Below are positions 31,341-41,894 of a DNA stretch of 64,000 bases, in pieces. Every line of letters begins with the position of its first letter. Position 1 is the stretch's first letter. The notes below the pieces were generated by a model. The model was given only the letters and a program-made list of their open reading frames with translations. It searched no databases and was not told where the DNA came from. Source of the stretch: Escherichia coli. GTDB lineage: Bacteria > Pseudomonadota > Gammaproteobacteria > Enterobacterales > Enterobacteriaceae. Location of the stretch: NCBI RefSeq assembly GCF_003334785.1, contig NZ_QOWV01000002.1; one strand, given 5' to 3'. Made by a program: the position numbers and the translations under genes.

Positions 31341-32354
31341 TTACTCTACTGTGGACACTGTGTGGACACTCTCGGCCTCAGTACCACCTCTTAGCGGATT
31401 AAGAGAAATGGCGTCCTGAAGGTACTCTGGCGCAAAATGAGCGTAAACCATAGTTTGCTCAATCCGCGTGTGACCTAGTATCCGTTGTAGCGTGATAATA
31501 CTTCCTCCATTAATCATGAAATGAGTGGCAAAGCTGTGCCTTAGTGCATGTGTGGCTTGCCCCATTGGCAAATCCGGTTTTATTGCTTTCATTGTTCGTC
31601 TGAAGCGAGGGTAATCAGCATCAGGGAATAAAAAACCTCGTTTGTTATCCGCGATCATTTTGGCAACAGCCTCTGAGATCGGGACGGTGCGTGGTTTGTT
31701 TGTTTTCGTTTTAACAAACGTGACGCGGTTATGGATGATATTTTCTGCTTTCAAACGAGCTGCTTCTCCCCAACGTGCTCCAGTACTCAGGCAAAGAATC
31801 GCAATCTTTTTGTTGTCGCCGTCAAGAGCAGCAAGCAGTAAGGCAATTTCTTCCTGCGTGAGATAGCCTGTGTCTGGTTTTTCCTCCTTAAGCCTTTTTG
31901 TCCCTCTGATAGGGTGCTCACCAAAGAATAACTCCGCTTCAATCAGGGCTGTAAACATGCCGCTAATACATGTTAAATCACGATTGATACTCGAAGGTTT
32001 AATACCCTGACTTCTTCGGGTGGCGCAGTACTGGCTGATAAGCGATTTCGTAATTTGAAATGCGCATGGGTCATTCGTTATTTTTGTGAAGATTTCAATT
32101 TTTCCAAGATTAGATTTCCCATGCTCTTCGTGTTTACCCTTTAAATCCCACCAGATCTGTGTCAGCTCCGACAGACGTCGCTTGTCTGTTGGTTTTGATA
32201 GCCATTCTTTATTGTGGTGGTTGTACAACGTGTATTTCTCGAAAGCGACAGCTTCGCTTTTCTTATCAAACTTCCTACGGATGCGTTTTCCATTACGTCC
32301 AGTAGGGCGGATGTCCACTTCATATCGACCATCATCGAGTTTTTTGATTGCCAT
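31341..32354 (-). CDS. int: phage P2-type tyrosine integrase
   Basis: 337 aa, MAIKKLDDGRYEVDIRPTGRNGKRIRRKFDKKSEAVAFEKYTLYNHH..., C-terminal catalytic HxxR...Y region. Confidence 0.95.
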   Translation of the reverse strand: MAIKKLDDGRYEVDIRPTGRNGKRIRRKFDKKSEAVAFEKYTLYNHHNKEWLSKPTDKRRLSELTQIWWDLKGKHEEHGKSNLGKIEIFTKITNDPCAFQITKSLISQYCATRRSQGIKPSSINRDLTCISGMFTALIEAELFFGEHPIRGTKRLKEEKPDTGYLTQEEIALLLAALDGDNKKIAILCLSTGARWGEAARLKAENIIHNRVTFVKTKTNKPRTVPISEAVAKMIADNKRGFLFPDADYPRFRRTMKAIKPDLPMGQATHALRHSFATHFMINGGSIITLQRILGHTRIEQTMVYAHFAPEYLQDAISLNPLRGGTEAESVHTVSTVE

Positions 32355-32469
32355 CAGAAAACCCTCCGAGTGGTGTGTTTTTTTGCGACTACTAATCGCT
32401 TTTTTCGTGGTGGCTGAAATTTAGCCACCAATAGTAGGCACTTGTGATGAATATATTCACGATGAATTG

Positions 32470-32769
32470 TTAACCAGTCTTTTGACCGGAGTGGGGCGAC
32501 GTTGTTTCGTTTTGCCCAAAGTGTGCGAGAGCGGGCGCAATTTGCCCGGACTCAGGAGCGATCTGATTGGTCATGAACCATAAAGTGTATTTGGTGAATT
32601 GTGGGGTCTGCAGGATGTTCATCATGACATCTGTTGGAGGTGTTGAACGACCACTTTCATAGTAACTCAGCGTGCCATACGGAACCCCTGTTAAATCAGC
32701 AAGTTGTTGTCTGCTCAAATACTCTGATTTTCGCATTAAGACTATCTTCTCGCTTATCGTGTTTGACAT
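32470..32769 (-). CDS. C: P2 immunity repressor C
   Basis: 99 aa, HTH-containing (LSRQQLADLTGVPYGTLSYYESGRSTP); divergent from cox. Confidence 0.85.
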   Translation of the reverse strand: MSNTISEKIVLMRKSEYLSRQQLADLTGVPYGTLSYYESGRSTPPTDVMMNILQTPQFTKYTLWFMTNQIAPESGQIAPALAHFGQNETTSPHSGQKTG

Positions 32770-32883
32770 GGTGTTTAGATCTCAATAGTATTTAGTTTAG
32801 ATGTAGATTGTTTAGTGCTTGGATGTGGGCACTAAAAGGCATTATAAGACATTAAACGCAATTCATGAGGGCTAGAGGACGAC
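32770..32883. promoter_or_regulatory. C/cox divergent promoter-operator switch region
   Basis: Intergenic region between the divergent C and cox genes with direct repeats TTTAGAT at 32774-32780 and 32796-32802 plus further TTTAGT copies. Confidence 0.5.
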
Positions 32884-33030
32884 ATGAGCAAGCAAGTAAC
32901 ACTCATGACTGATGCGATTCCTTATCAGGAGTTCGCAAAACTAATAGGAAAATCGACATGAAGTGGTTTACTGAATTTGGCCACCTGAACAGAGGTGATA
33001 TGCTCACCTCAGAACAACACAGGTGCCATA

Positions 33031-34178
<1,148 letters not shown>

Positions 34179-34398
34179 CTCGGTGGCCAGTTTTTGTTGA
34201 CCACTTCAACAGGAGCGGTTCGTCGGATGATCGATAAAGGAAAGCTGCCTGTAATTGATATGACCGATCCACAATCAGCTTCAGGTCGTGCAGGTGAATA
34301 TTGGGTATACCTTCCGGCATGGAATAACGGACTAAAACTGGCTTATGAAAGCCGCCCTAAAGAGATTCGTGACGGCTGGTTGATGTGGTTAGGTCTCG

Positions 34399-34593
34399 GT
34401 GAACCACGTTAAGGAGAACCGTATGAATGAGCCTCGTTGTATTGCTCAGTTACTGCGTAACGAAAGCCCCAGGGCGATTGACTTCACCATCACCCACGGT
34501 AAGGGGCGTAAGGGAATCATTATCCGCACCAAAAAACAGAGTCCGTTAAAAAAGGCTCTGACCTTTCTGAAAAGCCGGAGGGTATGGAAATGA
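34399..34593 (+). CDS. small hypothetical ORF between cox and B (P2 orf78 position)
   Basis: 64-aa ORF overlapping the cox 3' end and the B start; no independent support. Confidence 0.3.
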   Translation: MNHVKENRMNEPRCIAQLLRNESPRAIDFTITHGKGRKGIIIRTKKQSPLKKALTFLKSRRVWK

Positions 34594-35090
34594 CAGTGAT
34601 GACGCTCAATCTCGTTGAAAAACAGCCAGCAGCTATGCGCCGGATAATTGGTAAGCATCTTGCCGTTCCTCGCTGGCAGGATACATGTGATTATTATAAT
34701 CAGATGATGGAGCGCGAACGGTTAACGGTTTGCTTCCATGCTCAGTTAAAACAGCGTCACGCAACGATGTGTTTTGAAGAAATGAACGACGTCGAACGTG
34801 AACGACTGGTATGTGCAATTGATGAATTGCGTGGGGCATTCTCAAAACGCCGTCAGGTTGGCGCAAGTGAGTATGCATATATTAGTTTTTTAACAGTCAG
34901 TCAGCGTCGTACTTTATTTATGCATGCCGGATTGACTGAAAAAGAATTCAACCAGCCATACTGGCGAATTAATGAAGAATCATGTTACTGGCGTGATGCT
35001 TTATTCCGTGCATTACGTGAATTATTCAGCCTGTTTGAGTATGCACCGACAATTCTGACGTCGGTAAAACCAGAGCAATATCTGCATTAA
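34584..35090 (+). CDS. B: P2 replication gene B protein (helicase-loader-like)
   Basis: ~166 aa ORF at the position of P2 B between cox and A. Confidence 0.75.
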   Translation: MEMTVMTLNLVEKQPAAMRRIIGKHLAVPRWQDTCDYYNQMMERERLTVCFHAQLKQRHATMCFEEMNDVERERLVCAIDELRGAFSKRRQVGASEYAYISFLTVSQRRTLFMHAGLTEKEFNQPYWRINEESCYWRDALFRALRELFSLFEYAPTILTSVKPEQYLH

Positions 35091-35153
35091 GTAATTAACC
35101 AGAGTTTTTAACGCACTTAATCGTGCGGGGCTTCTTTTTGCCTGGAGAAAGTC

Positions 35154-35378
35154 ATGCATACAGTTTCTGAAAATCAGTGCGGTAAATTCGCATTACTGCT
35201 GCAACAGGCCAGAACCGAAGCACAGGCCGACGCTGCGACGCGCTTTTCTTCTCATCTTGACGCCATGATTCGCCACATCACAAAGGCGGAGTTATCCCGA
35301 GTGGAGATAGTCGAGCTGCTCAGTCAGGAGTCGGAAAAATTTCACAATATCGGATTGTCTCGCGGGGAGGTGCTTTGA
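35154..35378 (+). CDS. hypothetical early protein (P2 orf80 position)
   Basis: 74-aa ORF in the early operon. Confidence 0.5.
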   Translation: MHTVSENQCGKFALLLQQARTEAQADAATRFSSHLDAMIRHITKAELSRVEIVELLSQESEKFHNIGLSRGEVL

Positions 35379-35680
35379 TGTCCTGTTCTCATTCAGTTGT
35401 ATTACTGAATAACGCCTTAAAAATCGCCGTTATGGAAAATGGCGATTTGTCTCTTATTCAACTTTGTCTTGATAAAGAAAAACGCGACATCACTGAATCT
35501 GTTATCGCGATTTATCAGAATGAATTAAACCTCCTGTCTGATGTGGTCAATTTACTTGTTAAACGCGCTGTATTCCACAAGCAAATTTCCTCCGTGGATG
35601 AACTGACAAAATTAACGACAGAACTTGCCAGTTATTGCGCTGATGTATCCAGGAAACTTAACGATAAAAGGAGCTGGTAA
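35375..35680 (+). CDS. hypothetical early protein (P2 orf81 position)
   Basis: 101-aa ORF, start overlaps the previous stop. Confidence 0.5.
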   Translation: MMSCSHSVVLLNNALKIAVMENGDLSLIQLCLDKEKRDITESVIAIYQNELNLLSDVVNLLVKRAVFHKQISSVDELTKLTTELASYCADVSRKLNDKRSW

Positions 35681-35904
35681 TGCCGGACAACGTAGATTTT
35701 ATTCAGGAACAACAGGCTGAATTACTGGAGCGCCAGATTAACGCGGCAAGGGTAAAACATTGCGGTGCTTCTGCGCTGGTTTGCGAAGAGTGTGACGCGC
35801 CAATACCTGCTGCCCGTCGTGCGGCTTACCCGTCAGCCACGCGTTGTGTTTCCTGTCAGTCAGTCTTTGAAGCAAAAAACAAACATTACCGGAGAACGGC
35901 ATGA
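35680..35904 (+). CDS. DksA/TraR-family C4 zinc-finger protein (P2 orf82 position)
   Basis: CEECDAPIPAARRAAYPSATRCVSCQ four-Cys motif. Confidence 0.6.
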   Translation: MPDNVDFIQEQQAELLERQINAARVKHCGASALVCEECDAPIPAARRAAYPSATRCVSCQSVFEAKNKHYRRTA

Positions 35905-36176
35905 GTATTCGTATTGAAATTGGCGAACGTTATGTCGTTACCAGTGACAGCTTTCAGTTTATTCTCCACGAGAAAAAGAGAGCGGAAAGCGGTAAAAACG
36001 CCGGTCAGGAATGGCTGGCGGTGGTTGGTTATTACCCGAAATTAAGCCAGCTCGTTTCCGGCCTGATGCATCACGATATTCTGACCGGAAGCGCAAAGTC
36101 TTTTGCTGATTTAAACGCGCAGGTTGAGCAACTCAGCAAGCGTTGTTCAGAGGCTTTTGGCTCATATGGCCGTTAA
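35901..36176 (+). CDS. hypothetical early protein (P2 orf83 position)
   Basis: 91-aa ORF overlapping the A start. Confidence 0.5.
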   Translation: MSIRIEIGERYVVTSDSFQFILHEKKRAESGKNAGQEWLAVVGYYPKLSQLVSGLMHHDILTGSAKSFADLNAQVEQLSKRCSEAFGSYGR

Positions 36177-38451
36177 AGCCTCCGGGCGTTTTGTCCCTCC
36201 GTCAGCATTTGCTGCAGGCACCGGTAAGGCGTTTACCGGTGCTTATGCATGGAACGCGCCACGCGAGGCTGTCGGGCGCGAAAGACCCCTTACACGTGAC
36301 GAGATGCGTCAGGTGCAAGGTGTTTTATCCACGATTAACCGCCTGCCTTACTTTTTGCGCTCGCTGTTTACGTCACGCTATGACTACATCCGGCGCAATA
36401 AAAGCCCGGTGCACGGGTTTTATTTCCTCACATCCACTTTTCAGCGTCGTTTATGGCCGCGCATTGAGCGTGTGAATCAGCGCCATGAAATGAACACCGA
36501 CGCGTCGAAGCTGTTTCTGGCTGAGCGTGACCACTATGCGCGCCTGCCGGGAATGAATGACAAGGAGCTGAAAAAGTTTGCCGCCCGTATCTCATCGCAG
36601 CTTTTCATGATGTATGAGGAACTCAGCGATGCCTGGGTGGATGCGCATGGCGAGAAAGAATCGCTGTTTACGGATGAGGCGCAGGCTCACCTCTATGGTC
36701 ATGTTGCTGGCGCTGCACGTGCTTTCAATATTTCCCCGCTTTACTGGAAAAAATACCGTAAAGGACAGATGACCACGAGGCAGGCATATTCTGCAATTGC
36801 CCGTCTGTTTAACGATGAGTGGTGGACTCATCAGCTTAAAGGCCAGCGTATGCGCTGGCATGAAGCGTTACTGATAGCTGTCGGGGAGGTCAATAAAGAC
36901 CGTTCTCCTTATGCCAGTAAACACGCCATTCGTGATGTGCGTGCGCGCCGCCAGGCAAATCTGGAATTTCTTAAATCGTGTGACCTTGAAAACAGGGAAA
37001 CCGGCGAGCGCATCGACCTTATCAGTAAGGTGATGGGCAGTATTTCTAATCCTGAAATTCGCCGGATGGAGCTGATGAACACCATTGCCGGTATTGAGCG
37101 TTACGCCGCCGCAGAGGGTGATGTGGGGATGTTTATCACGCTGACCGCGCCGTCAAAGTATCACCCGACACGTCAGGTCAGAAAAGGCGAAAGTAAAACC
37201 GTTCAGCTAAATTACGGCTGGAACGATGAGGCATTTAATCCAAAGGATGCGCAGCGTTATCTCTGCCGTATCTGGAGCCTGATGCGCACGGCATTCAAGG
37301 ATAATGACTTACAGGTCTACGGTTTGCGTGTCGTCGAGCCACACCACGACGGAACGCCGCACTGGCATATGATGCTTTTTTGTAATCCACGCCAGCGTAA
37401 CCAGATTATTGAAATCATGCGTCGCTACGCGCTCAAAGAGGATGGAGACGAAAGAGGAGCTGCGCGAAACCGTTTTCAGGCAAAACACCTTAACCGGGGC
37501 GGTGCTGCGGGGTATATCGCGAAATACATCTCAAAAAACATCGATGGCTATGCACTGGATGGTCAGCTCGATAACGACACCGGCAGGCCGCTGAAAGACA
37601 CAGCCGCGGCTGTTACCGCATGGGCGTCAACGTGGCGCATACCACAATTTAAAACGGTTGGCCTGCCGACAATGGGGGCTTACCGTGAACTACGCAAATT
37701 GCCCCGCGGCGTCAGCATTGCTGATGAGTTTGACGAGCGCGTCGAGGCTGCACGCGCCGCCGCAGACAGTGGTGATTTTGCGCTGTATATCAGCGCGCAG
37801 GGCGGGGCAAATGTCCCGCGCGATTGTCAGACTGTCAGGGTCGCCCGTAGTCCGTCGGATGACGTTAACGAGTACGAGGAAGAAGTCGAGAGAGTGGTCG
37901 GCATTTACGCGCCGCATCTCGGCGCGCGTCATATTCATATCACCAGAACGACGGACTGGCACATTGTGCCGAAAGTTCCGGTCGTTGAGCCTTTGACTTT
38001 AAAAAGCGGCATCGCCGCGCCTCGGAGTCCTGTCAATAACTGTGGAAAACTCACCGGTGGTGATACTTCGTTACCGGCTCCCACACCTTCTGAGCACGCC
38101 GCAGCAGTGCTTAATCTGGTTGATGACGGTGTTATCGAATGGAGTGACCCGGAGGTCGTGAGGGCGCTCAGAGGTGCATTAAAACACGGTCGGAGAACGC
38201 CAAGTCGTCAGCAAAGAAACGGAAGCCCGTTAAAACCACATGAAATTGCACCATCGGCCAGACTGACCCGGTCGGAAAGAATGCAAATTACCCGTATCCG
38301 CGTTGACCTTGCTCAGAACGGTATCAGGCCGCAGCGATGGGAGCTTGAGGCGCTGGCGCGTGGCGCGACCGTAAATTATGACGGGAAAAAATTCACGTAT
38401 CCGGTCGCTGATGAGTGGCCGGGATTCTCAACAGTAATGGAGTGGACATGA
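36166..38451 (+). CDS. A: P2 replication initiation protein A (rolling-circle nickase)
   Basis: 761 aa from ATG 36166, MAVKASGRFVPPSAFAAGTGKAFTGAYAW...; largest early-operon ORF. Confidence 0.9.
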   Translation: MAVKASGRFVPPSAFAAGTGKAFTGAYAWNAPREAVGRERPLTRDEMRQVQGVLSTINRLPYFLRSLFTSRYDYIRRNKSPVHGFYFLTSTFQRRLWPRIERVNQRHEMNTDASKLFLAERDHYARLPGMNDKELKKFAARISSQLFMMYEELSDAWVDAHGEKESLFTDEAQAHLYGHVAGAARAFNISPLYWKKYRKGQMTTRQAYSAIARLFNDEWWTHQLKGQRMRWHEALLIAVGEVNKDRSPYASKHAIRDVRARRQANLEFLKSCDLENRETGERIDLISKVMGSISNPEIRRMELMNTIAGIERYAAAEGDVGMFITLTAPSKYHPTRQVRKGESKTVQLNYGWNDEAFNPKDAQRYLCRIWSLMRTAFKDNDLQVYGLRVVEPHHDGTPHWHMMLFCNPRQRNQIIEIMRRYALKEDGDERGAARNRFQAKHLNRGGAAGYIAKYISKNIDGYALDGQLDNDTGRPLKDTAAAVTAWASTWRIPQFKTVGLPTMGAYRELRKLPRGVSIADEFDERVEAARAAADSGDFALYISAQGGANVPRDCQTVRVARSPSDDVNEYEEEVERVVGIYAPHLGARHIHITRTTDWHIVPKVPVVEPLTLKSGIAAPRSPVNNCGKLTGGDTSLPAPTPSEHAAAVLNLVDDGVIEWSDPEVVRALRGALKHGRRTPSRQQRNGSPLKPHEIAPSARLTRSERMQITRIRVDLAQNGIRPQRWELEALARGATVNYDGKKFTYPVADEWPGFSTVMEWT

Positions 38452-38777
38452 TGGCAAAAATTCACGAGGTAAAGCTGCACGCAAAATATTTCGACCTTGT
38501 ACTGGAAGGAAAGAAACGCGCAGAGTTTCGGAAAAAAGATCGTAATTATGAGCGCGGGGGCACGTTGATTTTGCATGAATGGGTGCAGGGTGTGTTTACG
38601 GGGCGAAAGGTTGAAGCCCGGATAACAGATGTTACTGACCTGTCAGACTGGCTGGAAGATTATGTCTTGCTGCACAGAATACTAGGTGAGATACTGCCGC
38701 TGACTGTCAAGCTGGCAGTATCCTCCACATTTTTTATAAATCTAAGGCGAAGAACGGTGGCAATATATTTGCTTTAA
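38451..38777 (+). CDS. small PUA/ASCH-like protein (P2 orf91 position)
   Basis: MAKIHEVKLHAKYFDLVLEGKKRAEFRKKDRNYERGGTLILHEW...; start overlaps the A stop; C-terminal end uncertain. Confidence 0.5.
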   Translation: MAKIHEVKLHAKYFDLVLEGKKRAEFRKKDRNYERGGTLILHEWVQGVFTGRKVEARITDVTDLSDWLEDYVLLHRILGEILPLTVKLAVSSTFFINLRRRTVAIYLL

Positions 38778-38815
38778 ATTGTAAATAAGCAAATTATTCT
38801 AAGCCACAAATGATA

Positions 38816-39577
38816 TCAATTGAGTATCGATTTTCGTTCGAATATAACCATAACGCCAAGCGTCAAATGTAAGTCATCTATATGTGATTCGTATTCATAT
38901 TGGTCAGCATCAGGAGGTAGTAAATGCTCTGCTGCTGTAAAAACATCAATTGTAACAGATATATCGTCTGGAATTTCTTCATTTAATTCGGATATGTATT
39001 TTTTATATTTGTTTTTTAATTTCCTTATCATGTCTTCCTTATGGTGGATTGTAGTGCAGTAATTTTTTTTAGTTGAATCATTGTATGAATGGAATGAACA
39101 GTTTAATGCTAGGCCAAGACTTGAATTTCCTGTAGGGCCTGTGTGTTTAAAGTATTCAAGATTTCTTCTTATGTCAGAAAATAAAAGACTTTTACAGGGG
39201 GCATTTCCTTTAACTTCTATTGCACATATTGGAATGTCGAAAAATGGTCTGCTGTCCAATATGGCAATATCAATTCTGCCTGATCTTGTTGTGTTTGTGT
39301 TTTTTCTGACAGTTTTTTTTGAGAATGTTTTTTGGGGGTCAGACCGTTTCGATAAAGGAACTGTTGCATTAATGAATTTATTTGTATGGTACTCAAATAT
39401 AACTTTGTAATCACCATGGCGAAAAGATTTTATTTCTAACAACGATAGACCTATAGATACGGTAGCTACATATTCAGTGTTTATTTTTGCACCAGACCTG
39501 AAATCCATTAAATAAGTTGCGTCGGCTGACTTTTTCATTCCATCTTTTACAGCTTTCACAATATCCATGTTATTCAT
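38816..39577 (-). CDS. tin: Tin-like protein (P2 T-even phage exclusion)
   Basis: 253-aa ORF in AT-rich DNA immediately downstream of old on the same strand, the position and size of P2 tin. Confidence 0.7.
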   Translation of the reverse strand: MNNMDIVKAVKDGMKKSADATYLMDFRSGAKINTEYVATVSIGLSLLEIKSFRHGDYKVIFEYHTNKFINATVPLSKRSDPQKTFSKKTVRKNTNTTRSGRIDIAILDSRPFFDIPICAIEVKGNAPCKSLLFSDIRRNLEYFKHTGPTGNSSLGLALNCSFHSYNDSTKKNYCTTIHHKEDMIRKLKNKYKKYISELNEEIPDDISVTIDVFTAAEHLLPPDADQYEYESHIDDLHLTLGVMVIFERKSILN

Positions 39578-39751
39578 ATCAACACCTTTTATATTCCAGA
39601 ATTATAAATCTTAATGATTGATTTGTTTGTGTGTTTAGGTTACTAGATTGACGTACTTATAGCACATTCTGATTTTGAAATCACCATCCTTGGGTAAAGC
39701 ACAGCCTATCACTATTGGTTTAGTACTGTGCTGTAATAGTATCAGATTAAG

Positions 39752-41512
39752 TTAAATCCATTTTATGAAATCTTCCATTTCATCATATTTTTTTATTACT
39801 GCTCTAACATCTTTGCTTTCATCACATAAACAATCTAAAAGACTATCCCATTCAGTTTGTTTTTTACCAAATCCATAAACAGCCTCTATATCACCGGATT
39901 TCCATATATAGATTCCGTTATCTTTCAATTTTTGATGTATTTCATGTATATGCTTTTGTGTTTTTTCATGGTTACATATTTTGATGAAGTCTTTGCTTGA
40001 AATGCTTTTGAATGACTCAAAAGTAGTAACTTTTGTATTTAAACTAAGCTCTCCTGAGTTGATTGATTCAATCAAAGCAGTCAATAGATTATCACATTCA
40101 GTACTAAGTAAGTCTTTATGCTCTGTTAATAGAATATTTGATAAGAAATCACAATCAGCTAGAATCCTTGTTTTTATGCCGATGGCATTGATGATTTGTG
40201 ACATCTTAAATAAACTACCCTTACCGTCAACGGCAACAATGCAGATTTTACTCGGGTTGAGTTCATGTCCGTTAATTTTTTTATAAAGTGCATATAGAAC
40301 GTTTGTCTCTGTTTTCCCTTCAACAAGCAAAACTTCTTCAGAAAATAAAAGGTATGATGAATTAGAAAGCGTGAATGCTGAGTGCAATTGCGGTGATGAA
40401 GATTTATATAATTCTTCGATTTTTTCAGATATAGTCTTCCTTGCTATGGTTCCATTAGAATCCTTACAAACCTGAATCGCATTTGCTGCATGCTTTGCAG
40501 AAAGCATACTGGCTGAGTGAGTTGATATTATAACCTGATACCCTGATTCACTTAATGTGACAAGTGATTCTCTGACAGAATTAATGGCTGAAGGGTGTAA
40601 ATATAACTCAGGTTCATCAATGAAAATCAAAGTGTTTGATTTTTTTGATTCGCTGTTTTCTTTTTTTATTTCGGCCAGGTATTGAATTAATGCCATTTGA
40701 ATGGAACGTTGTGTTCCGTGACCAAATCGGCTGATATCTCTCATTACCGGTTCATCTTCCCGAGACTCAAAAACTTTCAGAGTGCCGGATTTAAATATCT
40801 CATCTAATGTCGGTGTGGGAAAGTGTAACTTTACACTTACGTCGGGAAAAAATTGGTTTACTTTTTTATTTACGCCTGAGTCTATTTTATTAAGGCTTTC
40901 TAATCTGTTCTCACCGTTGTGAGAAAGATATTTACCTATTTCTGATATGTTTTTTGAAAATTTTTCTTCGTGTTCTTGTTTTATTTCAGAAACAATTGCG
41001 GAAAGTATCTTTCCTATTGTGGTCGTGTTTTTGCATTTTGTTGAGTCTTCGACAGCGTCAGACATTGCAGGGATATGAATTGGTTCCGGAAATATATTGG
41101 AGATTGCACCATCTATGCCGCCAGGGTTTTTCTTCCACGTGGTACCGTCATATACATCCAGACTTTTTTTGGCTTTTCCTGTTTCCTTATTAAATTCCTG
41201 TCTTCTTGCAAAGGTAAGAGTCCCGTCAATTATAAACGGAGCTATTTTTTGTTGATTCTCTTCTGTTAACAAAGACAGAGTATCATCTGTTATACCTTGA
41301 ATAACGCCTTCAACGGATACGGGGTGTGTAGGATCGTACACATCTGATTCTGAAATCAAAGAGCCATCTAACAGCCACTTAATTGCTAAGATAATATTTG
41401 ATTTTCCTGCGTTATTATAACCAACTAAAGCAGTGAAGGGGCGCAAAATAGCCGATGTTGACTTACAAGAACGAAAGTTGCTAATTGAAACTGAAGCAAG
41501 ACGTACAGTCAT
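39752..41512 (-). CDS. old: OLD-family nuclease (ABC-type ATPase plus Toprim domain)
   Basis: 586 aa; Walker A GYNNAGKSN, Walker B LIFIDEPELYLHP, C-terminal Toprim-like LLVEGKTE...AVDGKGS...ADCDF; AT-rich. Confidence 0.9.
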   Translation of the reverse strand: MTVRLASVSISNFRSCKSTSAILRPFTALVGYNNAGKSNIILAIKWLLDGSLISESDVYDPTHPVSVEGVIQGITDDTLSLLTEENQQKIAPFIIDGTLTFARRQEFNKETGKAKKSLDVYDGTTWKKNPGGIDGAISNIFPEPIHIPAMSDAVEDSTKCKNTTTIGKILSAIVSEIKQEHEEKFSKNISEIGKYLSHNGENRLESLNKIDSGVNKKVNQFFPDVSVKLHFPTPTLDEIFKSGTLKVFESREDEPVMRDISRFGHGTQRSIQMALIQYLAEIKKENSESKKSNTLIFIDEPELYLHPSAINSVRESLVTLSESGYQVIISTHSASMLSAKHAANAIQVCKDSNGTIARKTISEKIEELYKSSSPQLHSAFTLSNSSYLLFSEEVLLVEGKTETNVLYALYKKINGHELNPSKICIVAVDGKGSLFKMSQIINAIGIKTRILADCDFLSNILLTEHKDLLSTECDNLLTALIESINSGELSLNTKVTTFESFKSISSKDFIKICNHEKTQKHIHEIHQKLKDNGIYIWKSGDIEAVYGFGKKQTEWDSLLDCLCDESKDVRAVIKKYDEMEDFIKWI

Positions 41513-41706
41513 TATTTTTCCTTAAATGTGCTATTTGTATGCAATGAGTTCATGCGAAACGCTTTTTTACATTTTATAGTCGTTGCATTCAAGGGTGCAT
41601 GAGATTGCATTAAGGGAAACTGTGATATGGCTTGGCTTTTGACTGGAAATACTGATGGCTCATTAGTTTTATTAAGGTGCATTAAAACCGCCCCGTGAAG
41701 CGGGCG

Positions 41707-41725
41707 GGCGAGGCGGGGAAAGCAC
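41707..41725. other. cos cohesive-end sequence (19 nt) of the P2-type genome
   Basis: GGCGAGGCGGGGAAAGCAC in the GC-rich non-coding region between old and Q; matches the P2 cohesive end as I recall it. Confidence 0.6.
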
Positions 41726-41894
41726 TGCGCGCTGGCGGTGGTGCTGATTTTGTTTTTTCAGCGTCTGAGCGCGTCGTGAAGGCGCTTAGTCTGCCCGTTG
41801 AGGCGTTGGTGTGTCTGCGGGGTGTTTTGTGCGGTGGTGAGCGTGTGAGGGCGTGATGACGGGGTGTAAAAAAGCCGCCCGCAGGCGGCGATGT

